Virus record (IMG/VR): IMGVR_UViG_3300029319_000027
DNA from: an uncultured virus (IMG/VR IMGVR_UViG_3300029319_000027)
Lineage: Duplodnaviria; Heunggongvirae; Uroviricota; Caudoviricetes
Strand: one strand, 5' to 3'
DNA length: 20,000 nt
The position numbers and the translations under genes were made by a program. Shown here in pieces: positions 1 to 7,048 of this stretch; the stretch's first letter is position 1; each line of letters starts with the position of its first letter. A model generated the notes under the pieces. It was not told the DNA's origin. It ran no database searches and worked only from the letters and a program-made list of their open reading frames with translations.

Positions 1-279
1 CTCAACAAGTAACCAACCAAGTAACTCTTCCAACTGCTTCCAACCTACGCCCGACTCTAACATATCGTTAAGTATCTGGTCTCCAAGTAAAGCACCTAGC
101 CACTTTGTCATGTCGTTAGGGTTCAACTCTCCTGATTCATTTTGCAAAGTTAATTGCATCAAAACCACACGAGCAGGTAGCTGGGCAGGTACTTCGTATT
201 CCCGTCCAGCTATCTTGAACTCTAAAGTGTCTTCTACTTCCTCGCTGATTGCTGCGTCAAAATCTTTATACTCTGACAT
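1..279 (-). CDS. Probable tail assembly chaperone, runs off the left edge of the window
   Basis: Not in the ORF track. ATG at 279 preceded by AGGAG; open to position 1 (MSEYKDFDAAISEEVEDTLEFKIAGREYEVPAQLPARVVLMQL...WKQLEELLGWLLVE). Lies directly downstream of the tail tube gene. Confidence 0.7.
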   Translation of the reverse strand, partial: MSEYKDFDAAISEEVEDTLEFKIAGREYEVPAQLPARVVLMQLTLQNESGELNPNDMTKWLGALLGDQILNDMLESGVGWKQLEELLGWLLVE

Positions 280-313
280 TCTTCTCCTATCTATTTAATT
301 AATTTTAAAAATT

Positions 314-913
314 CTAGACTGTGTCTATAACTTTGAAAATGTTTGCGAATGGAGCACTACTGTTAGGCTTCAACACTTTGTATTCAATAGTGATTGTTAC
401 CTTTTGTGGTGCTTTTGCATGTACCATGGAGAAAGCTCCAATGTTCACTGCTCTAGGAACTTGAATGTCCCTAACTTTAGCTGTTCCTGCTTCATCATTT
501 CCAGGTGCATTAACTCTCAATATCAATGACTTTTCTTCGAAAGAGTCAGTTGTTGGAGGGGTTAATGTTGTATAACCTGATGATGGAGAGTCTGCTGTGG
601 TTGTACCACCTGCCATAGCGAACTTCAAACTTCTTAGAGAAGCCTGTGCTAATTCTCCTGTGATTCTTACTTCTTGTGCAGTTTTGATTGTCTTAATTGG
701 ATCAACCTCTTCTGCAACTAAAACATCTTCAAATGTTTTGTCATACTCTAATGAAAATCCACCTTCGGAATATCCGATGTCATCCCAATAAGATGAACTT
801 GGTGTATCTGCTGGTGTGGTAGGAAATGTTGCAGTTCCTGCATTCACATCTGTCTCACTAGCTACATAAAGAGTACCGGTTCCTAAAAGAACTTCTGTAA
901 TTGACTTTGCCAT
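314..913 (-). CDS. Major tail (tail tube) protein
   Basis: 199 aa, Thr/Ser/Gly-rich; LLGTGTLYVA...WDDIGYSEGGFSLEY pattern typical of siphovirus tail tubes; GAGG RBS; position after tail terminator. Confidence 0.85.
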   Translation of the reverse strand: MAKSITEVLLGTGTLYVASETDVNAGTATFPTTPADTPSSSYWDDIGYSEGGFSLEYDKTFEDVLVAEEVDPIKTIKTAQEVRITGELAQASLRSLKFAMAGGTTTADSPSSGYTTLTPPTTDSFEEKSLILRVNAPGNDEAGTAKVRDIQVPRAVNIGAFSMVHAKAPQKVTITIEYKVLKPNSSAPFANIFKVIDTV

Positions 914-949
914 TACTTATACCTCATTATTTTCTACTTCAGGAATTTG

Positions 950-1246
950 TCATTCCTCTTCTTGCACTTCGTCAGTTTCCTCGATTTCCATCCACTCATC
1001 ATCATTAGAATCTTCCTCGATTGTCTCGTTTAAAAGATTCACAACTTCTCCCATACCTTCATCTTTTTCAATGAATGTAGGGATAAGAACATCTCCTTGT
1101 TTTGTTTGAGATTCTTTCAATCTCTTCCATTGGGCTTCTGTAACTTCTTCCCACTTATAGCCGTCAAAAATTACATCCAACTTTTCATCCCTGATAGAGT
1201 CAAAGACCCTTATTAAAGGATTCATTTTCACATATTTTTTACTCAT
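950..1246 (-). CDS. Hypothetical protein with acidic C-terminus in the tail module
   Basis: 98 aa ORF; ATGA overlap with the stop of the 1243-1701 gene. Confidence 0.65.
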   Translation of the reverse strand: MSKKYVKMNPLIRVFDSIRDEKLDVIFDGYKWEEVTEAQWKRLKESQTKQGDVLIPTFIEKDEGMGEVVNLLNETIEEDSNDDEWMEIEETDEVQEEE

Positions 1247-1701
1247 GAACTTGCTCCATAAATCATTGCTAACTCAGTTGTATACCGAGCTAATCCTAAC
1301 TCTGATTCTTCCACTCTGAAAGGTCCAGATATAGGATTAAAACCCATTATAACACCCGAAACTCCACCAGATGAGGTATAGCGTTTCGGTGTAGAGTCAA
1401 ATGCAACTCTTGCAACATTATTTGCTATTTGAAAAGCTAATCCATAATCAGGATTACCTTTTGTATTATTAGCACCCCATTGTCCTGCATAACAATCTAT
1501 ATCAAAGTTTGCTTCATAAATTAAAGCTCCACCGTCTTGATTTACAGGAACTGATGATTTCAAAACACATACAACAAAAGGCATGGAACCGTTAGAAGGT
1601 AATCTTGTTGCTACATTTGTTCCAACATCTGATGTAACTTCTGACTGATCTAACAACCATGTTCTCATTAAAATTTCTGAATCAGGTAAATTCTGTGCCA
1701 T
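1243..1701 (-). CDS. Tail terminator / tail completion protein
   Basis: 152 aa; LPDSE...VATRLP...PFVV...FDIDCYA pattern; between gp10-like and tail tube genes; TAATG coupling to the upstream gene. Confidence 0.7.
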   Translation of the reverse strand: MAQNLPDSEILMRTWLLDQSEVTSDVGTNVATRLPSNGSMPFVVCVLKSSVPVNQDGGALIYEANFDIDCYAGQWGANNTKGNPDYGLAFQIANNVARVAFDSTPKRYTSSGGVSGVIMGFNPISGPFRVEESELGLARYTTELAMIYGASS

Positions 1702-2702
1702 TAATCCATTCCCTTCATTTTTCTAGCATTGTCTGATAATATTCTTTCCCAACTCTTGTTACCAAACATGACATCTTTTTTATCAAATCCTGATTTTTTG
1801 ACCATATCTAACATACCTCTTCTCATCATAGCTCCGTTTCTTGAGGATTTTACTGCCCTACGGTCTCTTGAAGAACTTCTTAATGCCTGGAAAACTTCAG
1901 GAGTAGGGAAGTATTTTTCTAAGTACTGAGCTCCAACATTGAATCCTGAGCCTAAACCATACTCAATGTATGGTGCATAATTCTTTTCTAATCCATCTCC
2001 AATTTCAATAACAGCTTGTGGTAAACCATCTGCACCTTTTCCTGTTACTGAACCTTTTAGAGTTGACTTCAAAGCACCTGTCCATACAGGTGTAAATTTC
2101 TTAACACTAACAATAGATAACATAACGATTGTGTCTAAAGCATTTTCAATAGGTAATCCTTTTGCTGCTTTTTGTAGATTCATTACTAATTGAGATTCAA
2201 ATGTTTGACCTCTTACTTGAGTTCTTACTAATCTATCAAACTCTCTCTGTAAGTTTGCACCAACAACAGACCTAGCTGCACGAGTTGCAACAGCACTACC
2301 TACATTTGATTTAGGCATAGCTTGTAGTATTTTACCTATTGCTCTACCACCAACACGCCTAACGAAACGCTCTCCAATAGTGTTTGTTGCCTCCATGTCC
2401 ATAGCTCTTTTGACTGTACCTAGACCTGCGTTAACATCTCCAAGAACTTTACCGAATTTAAGCATGTTTCCTCTAGCTCTTCTGAAAGGTTTTGTATTAG
2501 CAAAGACACCACCAACATCGCCAATAAAGACTGATGATTCATAGATGAAACTTCTTATACCTGCAAGGCTGTCGAATTTATTTTGAAATCTATATCTTTG
2601 TGAAGAAGTTTGAAATACAGGATCACCTTTGTAATCTGATATTTGTTGTAATCTACGAAGTGTTCTTCGAGATACATTAAGTCTTTGTCTAACTTGAGCC
2701 AT
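1701..2702 (-). CDS. HK97 gp10-like neck/tail-completion protein with long basic N-terminal extension
   Basis: C-terminal part has TPVWTGALKSTL and YAPYIEYG, the HK97 gp10 signature; synteny fits; 333 aa in total. Confidence 0.7.
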   Translation of the reverse strand: MAQVRQRLNVSRRTLRRLQQISDYKGDPVFQTSSQRYRFQNKFDSLAGIRSFIYESSVFIGDVGGVFANTKPFRRARGNMLKFGKVLGDVNAGLGTVKRAMDMEATNTIGERFVRRVGGRAIGKILQAMPKSNVGSAVATRAARSVVGANLQREFDRLVRTQVRGQTFESQLVMNLQKAAKGLPIENALDTIVMLSIVSVKKFTPVWTGALKSTLKGSVTGKGADGLPQAVIEIGDGLEKNYAPYIEYGLGSGFNVGAQYLEKYFPTPEVFQALRSSSRDRRAVKSSRNGAMMRRGMLDMVKKSGFDKKDVMFGNKSWERILSDNARKMKGMD

Positions 2703-3046
2703 TAGAAACCTGAAGAAATAGTTATTCTTTTATAAAATACATTTCCTGATCTGTCTTTAACATCTTCTACTTTTATGATGTTGTAATAGTCTGTACCAAT
2801 CTTGACTCTGTTTCTTACAGATACTGAGGTTCCTGCAGGAATAACTACTGTCTTTCTTTCTACATTAGAAATTATTCCATCGTTTTGAGTTTCTGTAATG
2901 TTAGAAGAATCAACTACTCTAGCTTGTACATTGCTTGCACTAGCAGACCATGTTTCATTTGATAATCCTCTGTCATCAACACCTGAGCCTGATAGACCTT
3001 CTATTGTTATCGATTCGTTTAATAAAGCTGTTGTTAATTGTGGCAT
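2702..3046 (-). CDS. Head closure / head-tail adaptor (SPP1 gp16-like)
   Basis: 114 aa; LLNESITIE...DDRG...ETW...RNRVKIGTDYYNIIKV pattern; synteny fits. Confidence 0.75.
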   Translation of the reverse strand: MPQLTTALLNESITIEGLSGSGVDDRGLSNETWSASASNVQARVVDSSNITETQNDGIISNVERKTVVIPAGTSVSVRNRVKIGTDYYNIIKVEDVKDRSGNVFYKRITISSGF

Positions 3047-3061
3047 ATATTTATGATACCA
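3047..3061 (-). promoter_or_regulatory. Extended -10 promoter for a probable leaderless head-closure/tail operon transcript
   Basis: Minus strand reads TGgTATCAT-aaatat-ATG(3046); no Shine-Dalgarno. Confidence 0.55.
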
Positions 3062-3094
3062 AATAAAAAAGCACTCGTTTGGAACGAATGCTTT
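3061..3094 (-). terminator. Intrinsic terminator after the 3128-3931 gene
   Basis: Minus strand AAAGCATTCGTT-CCA-AACGAGTGCTTT (one G-U pair) running into a T-rich tract. Confidence 0.75.
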
Positions 3095-3127
3095 CTTACA
3101 TCGTTTAGTTGGTTATTTAATAATAAA

Positions 3128-3931
3128 TTAGCTTGAGACTGATTTCAACTTATAGCTAGAAAGTGCAGATTTCACAGACTGAATAGCTTCAGCCCTAGCT
3201 TTTGCTTTCCAATCTCCAAGCACTGCTAACTCACTTATTCTTGTAAGTTCATTAGGATTTTTATTTATTTCGTTAAATCTCTTTTGCCATTTCATGTAAC
3301 ATTTCTGATAAATTTTACATTGTCCCTGTAGTCCTGAATTAGCATGTGTGCTTCTGTAAAAGAAACTTGCAGGCAATAATCCAAGTTCAGGTAATGCACT
3401 GCAATGTTTTTCAGAAACAGTTGGTATTAAGACAATTCTTTTTTCATAATATTTTTGAACTGTTTTCTTATTGCAAGGAATACATCTTCTATTTCTTCCA
3501 TCAAGATATGATTTGTCAGGATAATAATGATCTATAGGTTTAATTTTTTTGCAAATATTACATTGTTTCTCAGCAGGGTTTCTTCTTTTATTATCTGCAT
3601 ATTCTAAAGCTTCATCTAACTGTGCTTGTAAGTACGGATATTCTTCAACCCATTGCATAAATGTAGTTTTTCCTAATCCATCAACAACTTGAAAAGTTCT
3701 TATAGTATTTAGAGTCCCCCTGCCATCCCTGATGTAAGCAATTACTTTAGATGCTGATACAGGGTTAAAATCTTTGACACCAGGCAGACCCATTTCGACA
3801 CGAAGCTGGCGAATTCTTTCTCTTGATACATTATATTTTTCTGCCCAAACTTGATTAAATGTATGAGGATTAGCTAAAACATCATGTTTTAATTGATTTA
3901 ATTCTTCTTCTCTAAGTTTCATCCATCCCAT
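3128..3931 (-). CDS. Multi-domain DNA-binding protein (sigma70 region-4-like HTH, second HTH-like segment, CxxC Zn finger)
   Basis: WAEKYNVSRERIRQL; GLGKTTFMQWVEEYPYL; KQCNICKKIKP...DGRNRRCIPC; followed by a degenerate second copy of the finger. Confidence 0.6.
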   Translation of the reverse strand: MGWMKLREEELNQLKHDVLANPHTFNQVWAEKYNVSRERIRQLRVEMGLPGVKDFNPVSASKVIAYIRDGRGTLNTIRTFQVVDGLGKTTFMQWVEEYPYLQAQLDEALEYADNKRRNPAEKQCNICKKIKPIDHYYPDKSYLDGRNRRCIPCNKKTVQKYYEKRIVLIPTVSEKHCSALPELGLLPASFFYRSTHANSGLQGQCKIYQKCYMKWQKRFNEINKNPNELTRISELAVLGDWKAKARAEAIQSVKSALSSYKLKSVSS

Positions 3932-3943
3932 TCGTATAGGAAA

Positions 3944-3987
3944 ATAATATCATAAACTTGAAATATATACAAGTTTATGCCTAAAAT
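3944..3987. promoter_or_regulatory. Overlapping divergent sigma70-like promoters straddling a 10 bp inverted repeat (probable operator)
   Basis: IR CATAAACTTG (3951-3960) N9 CAAGTTTATG (3970-3979). Plus strand TTGAAA-N18-TAAAAT; minus strand TTGTAT-N17-TATTAT. Confidence 0.6.
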
Positions 3988-4015
3988 AGATATATCGGAT
4001 AGTTGAGGAGATAAG

Positions 4016-4246
4016 TTGGTAGAAGTACCTTATGTCGATACAGCACCCGTCTTTGAGGATGAAGTAATTCACAAAGGCGAAAACATGATACATGTAAGGT
4101 GGAATCCTTACTTGAATTGCCACGAAGCTGATGTTTATCAGGTCAAGGCAGTTGGGACAAAGACATCCTATAAGCATGTTGGTTCAACAGCAGGAAAGTC
4201 AAAATCATTAGCTATATCTGACGCAGAAATGCTTATTGTAGATTAG
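4016..4246 (+). CDS. Hypothetical protein
   Basis: 76 aa; GAGGAG RBS 5 nt before a TTG start; first gene of the plus-strand cassette. Confidence 0.65.
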   Translation: MVEVPYVDTAPVFEDEVIHKGENMIHVRWNPYLNCHEADVYQVKAVGTKTSYKHVGSTAGKSKSLAISDAEMLIVD

Positions 4247-4267
4247 TTATCTTACCAAAGGAGGAAA

Positions 4268-4804
4268 TTGATAGCTGAATGTATGCTATTTTTAGCAAGT
4301 TTTTCGACACCCCTAATAGGTTCGGAAACTGAATTCGTTAATACATCAATCGAATGTAGACGAGAAATACCTGAGAGTATGCGTCAATACTCTGAATATT
4401 ATTTAGAATTTTTTGATTTCGAAAATATTGATACAGCCGTAAGAATTGGGTGGTGCGAAAGCAGGGGAAAAGATACTGCATATCGTGATGACAATTCCGA
4501 TTCAGGCGTTATGCAATTTGTACCTTGGACCTGGAATTGGGTTGCCGAGGAATATGATCTGCCGAGGTGGAACGAGTGGGTAATCCTTCGTTATGGGCGA
4601 CCATACGAAGGTCCCACTTCAAAATCAAACATGGGTTTTGAACAAACAAAAGTTCAATTTACTCCTTACTACAACATTATGTTTGCGAGTATCTTAGCTG
4701 AGGACATTTATGGAAGAACTCAGTGGAGAGATTGGAACAGTAGTAAGTGGTGTTGGGAAGACGAAAAAGATTGGGAGAGAAGATGGAAAAGAGAGCAAAA
4801 TTAA
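4268..4804 (+). CDS. Lysozyme-like / lytic transglycosylase (SLT/Rpf-like) protein with hydrophobic N-terminus
   Basis: AAGGAGG RBS with TTG start; IGWCESRG (catalytic Glu), SGVMQFVPWTW and PYYNI...W..W motifs. Confidence 0.75.
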   Translation: MIAECMLFLASFSTPLIGSETEFVNTSIECRREIPESMRQYSEYYLEFFDFENIDTAVRIGWCESRGKDTAYRDDNSDSGVMQFVPWTWNWVAEEYDLPRWNEWVILRYGRPYEGPTSKSNMGFEQTKVQFTPYYNIMFASILAEDIYGRTQWRDWNSSKWCWEDEKDWERRWKREQN

Positions 4805-4890
4805 CAGTTCACATTTGTCGAATCTGTAATATCGAATTATCTAAATCTGACGCTCTGTCAATTTGTGATGTGTGCTTGTATGGAAAATGA
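4783..4890 (+). CDS. 35 aa Zn-finger microprotein
   Basis: MEKRAKLTVHICRICNIELSKSDALSICDVCLYGK; two CxxC pairs; GGGAG upstream. Below the ORF-track cutoff. Confidence 0.5.
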   Translation: MEKRAKLTVHICRICNIELSKSDALSICDVCLYGK

Positions 4891-4944
4891 AGATAAAGAA
4901 TATTGTGATGTCTACGGATATGACGATTTAGATGAGGAGTTATA

Positions 4945-5304
4945 ATGTATGGATTAATGATAGTTATGTTGATGGGTGGTGGTTTCATGCCACAACTCTC
5001 AGGACCTTTACCAATATTTCATGGACCTGATTTATCTCAACCAAATGTTGAATACAATTTTTGGTGTGATGGTAACAGGTGCGATGACCACGATATTAAA
5101 GGTTACATAAAAAGTGTAGATGCTGATGGTACTATTACCTGGTATACAACTGAAGAACAAATAGATTTAGATATAAGTTCTTTAGAAGATTGGCAAATAA
5201 TAAGATACACTGCTTCAGAAATGAGTGAATTAGATATTGTTCCTGAAGACTGTACTACAGAAGAAGAACAGAATGGTATCTGTGGATTTGGAATTAGACC
5301 ATGA
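4945..5304 (+). CDS. Hypothetical secreted or membrane-anchored acidic protein
   Basis: GAGGAG RBS; hydrophobic N-terminus MYGLMIVMLMGGGFM; four Cys. Confidence 0.65.
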   Translation: MYGLMIVMLMGGGFMPQLSGPLPIFHGPDLSQPNVEYNFWCDGNRCDDHDIKGYIKSVDADGTITWYTTEEQIDLDISSLEDWQIIRYTASEMSELDIVPEDCTTEEEQNGICGFGIRP

Positions 5305-5402
5305 AAAAAAGAAGATTTAGAAAAGAACTACATGAATGGACATATGAGGTAAATTGGAATCACAGTTTGCCTGTTTATGGAGATAAGAAAAAATTAAAAT
5401 AG
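5301..5402 (+). CDS. 33 aa ORF overlapping the start of the C5 methyltransferase frame
   Basis: ATGA overlap with the upstream stop; MKKRRFRKELHEWTYEVNWNHSLPVYGDKKKLK. Confidence 0.4.
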   Translation: MKKRRFRKELHEWTYEVNWNHSLPVYGDKKKLK

Positions 5403-6997
5403 GAAGTTTATTTAGTGGGATTGGGGGCTTAGACCTAGGTATCGAGCGTGGTCTAAAAGACTTTAATGCTGAGACTGTATGGCAAATTGAATTTGATGAA
5501 TACTGTTGTTCAGTTTTGGAAAAAAGATTCCCCAATTCTAAAGTTATTAATGCCGATATTAATGATGTAGACTTTACTAAACTAGAACCTGTCGATATTT
5601 TAATCGGTGGATTCCCATGCCAAAGTTTTAGTTACGCAGGTAACAGGAAAGGAATGAGTGAAGAAGATGAGCGAGGAATATTATGGTATCAGTTCGAACG
5701 AGCCATTAGCATTCTTAAACCAAAATGGGTTGTGGCAGAAAATGTCAGAGGACTCCTCACAGCAAAAGACAACGAAGGAAACAAAGGAGGAGCATTCGGA
5801 AGAGTTGTTTCTTTCCTTTCCGATAGGGGGTATAGTGTTGAATGGCAAATTGTATCAGCAGCCTCGGTTAATGCCTCGCACCTTAGAGAAAGAATCTTCA
5901 TCGTGGGAAACTCCGAACACTTTAGATCACTTGAAACCAAGGACGGGGGAAGCGTTGGAGAACGCACTCTACCGTGGGGACAAATCAAAAAAGAGCAAGA
6001 GGAAAAGTACAGGCAACTTGAGAGAGAATCCCAAGCTATGGTCAACTCCGAGAGCAAGTCAAGCATCGAAACCGATAAACAAACAAGCTCCCTCAGTGAA
6101 AGCAGGGAAGCACGGGTCGACATTGGAGATGGACATGGGGGAGAGGAATCCGAAATTGATTGGGAAAAGATTACACAGCAAGTGGGTCTCCCTTCTAATG
6201 GGTTTTCCCCAGGATTGGCAGGAAGATTAGGCTTACCTAATTATTGGACTTACAACAGAGATTTAATGTGGCGTACTCCCACAACAATGGATTCCAAATC
6301 AGGAGAAGATGCATTAAAGTACGCAACAAAATTACTACAAGGAAAAACACACAGAGCTTCAGGTCAACCGGTACAAATAACTTTGGCTGACCAAATAGCC
6401 ATAGACCAAATACACAAGAATCCTGATCTGTTCGAAAAATACAAAGACCATGAGATTTATAAAAGACCTAACCTACCTCCACAAAAAACTTTTGTTAAGT
6501 ACTTAAAAGATAATGTAACAAGGTCTACCTTATACGATGCACTAGATGTAAAGAAAACAACTATCGACCATTGGTTTAGAAATGATAAATACTTTTCATA
6601 TCCCTCAATGGAAGATTGGGAAAAACTAAAACCATATTTGAAAGTTATTAAATACGATGAAGAAATGACAACAATTGAAAGTTTTGAATGGCAAAAACAA
6701 AAATGGCAAACACCTTTAGTTACAAGCAGTAGACCTAGTACTAAACGAATAGCAGAAGGAATAAATCCAAAAGGGAATTTAGCAGAGAATCCTGATGTTT
6801 ATAAAGATGAATACATCATAGAACCATGGGAAACAGTTCCAAGGACAATAGAGGACGAGGAAAAGCGTGTAGATAAAATAAAGGCACTTGGGAACGCTGT
6901 AGTGCCTGCCTGTGCAGAGTTTATCGGCATTTGTATATCCAATGCCATAAAATTTAAAACAATTGTTTTTGACGCAGATATGTTAGAAGATTGGTAA
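5393..6997 (+). CDS. DNA (cytosine-5)-methyltransferase, main (alpha) frame; start uncertain
   Basis: The frame is open from 5387, upstream of the tracked TTG at 5516, and carries motif I GSLFSGIGGLD (from 5402), motif IV GFPCQSFS, motif VI ENV, motif VIII RERIFIVG and motif X ALGNAVVP. There is no in-frame ATG/GTG/TTG before motif I. Confidence 0.9.
   Translation: MKIGSLFSGIGGLDLGIERGLKDFNAETVWQIEFDEYCCSVLEKRFPNSKVINADINDVDFTKLEPVDILIGGFPCQSFSYAGNRKGMSEEDERGILWYQFERAISILKPKWVVAENVRGLLTAKDNEGNKGGAFGRVVSFLSDRGYSVEWQIVSAASVNASHLRERIFIVGNSEHFRSLETKDGGSVGERTLPWGQIKKEQEEKYRQLERESQAMVNSESKSSIETDKQTSSLSESREARVDIGDGHGGEESEIDWEKITQQVGLPSNGFSPGLAGRLGLPNYWTYNRDLMWRTPTTMDSKSGEDALKYATKLLQGKTHRASGQPVQITLADQIAIDQIHKNPDLFEKYKDHEIYKRPNLPPQKTFVKYLKDNVTRSTLYDALDVKKTTIDHWFRNDKYFSYPSMEDWEKLKPYLKVIKYDEEMTTIESFEWQKQKWQTPLVTSSRPSTKRIAEGINPKGNLAENPDVYKDEYIIEPWETVPRTIEDEEKRVDKIKALGNAVVPACAEFIGICISNAIKFKTIVFDADMLEDW
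5658..6230 (+). CDS. Nested alternative-frame ORF: putative beta subunit of the C5 methyltransferase (WxTP modules plus motif IX-like end)
   Basis: 190 aa open in a second frame inside the MTase; WETPNT and WSTPRAS modules; ends KRLHSKWVSLLMGFPQDW. Start could be GTG 5658 or ATG 5667. Confidence 0.7.
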   Translation: MKKMSEEYYGISSNEPLAFLNQNGLWQKMSEDSSQQKTTKETKEEHSEELFLSFPIGGIVLNGKLYQQPRLMPRTLEKESSSWETPNTLDHLKPRTGEALENALYRGDKSKKSKRKSTGNLRENPKLWSTPRASQASKPINKQAPSVKAGKHGSTLEMDMGERNPKLIGKRLHSKWVSLLMGFPQDWQED

Positions 6998-7048
6998 AAA
7001 GTATGTAACCTTTTTAGATTCAAAGAGTCTAAATAGTAGGAGGAGATA

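Noticed and set aside
1..279. Programmed -1 frameshift of the tail assembly chaperone
   Set aside because: Expected near the gene's 3-prime end, which is outside the window; no slippery heptamer can be supported here.
110..4177. Short ORFs 110-298, 597-791, 1729-1929, 3346-3537 and 3950-4177
   Set aside because: Antisense to better-supported genes.
5516..5518. TTG start given by the ORF track for the C5 MTase
   Set aside because: It would omit motif I (FSGIGG), which lies in frame upstream from 5402.
5689..6123. 144 aa minus-strand ORF opposite the dual-coded MTase region
   Set aside because: No motifs or RBS; stop depletion is expected opposite a doubly constrained region.
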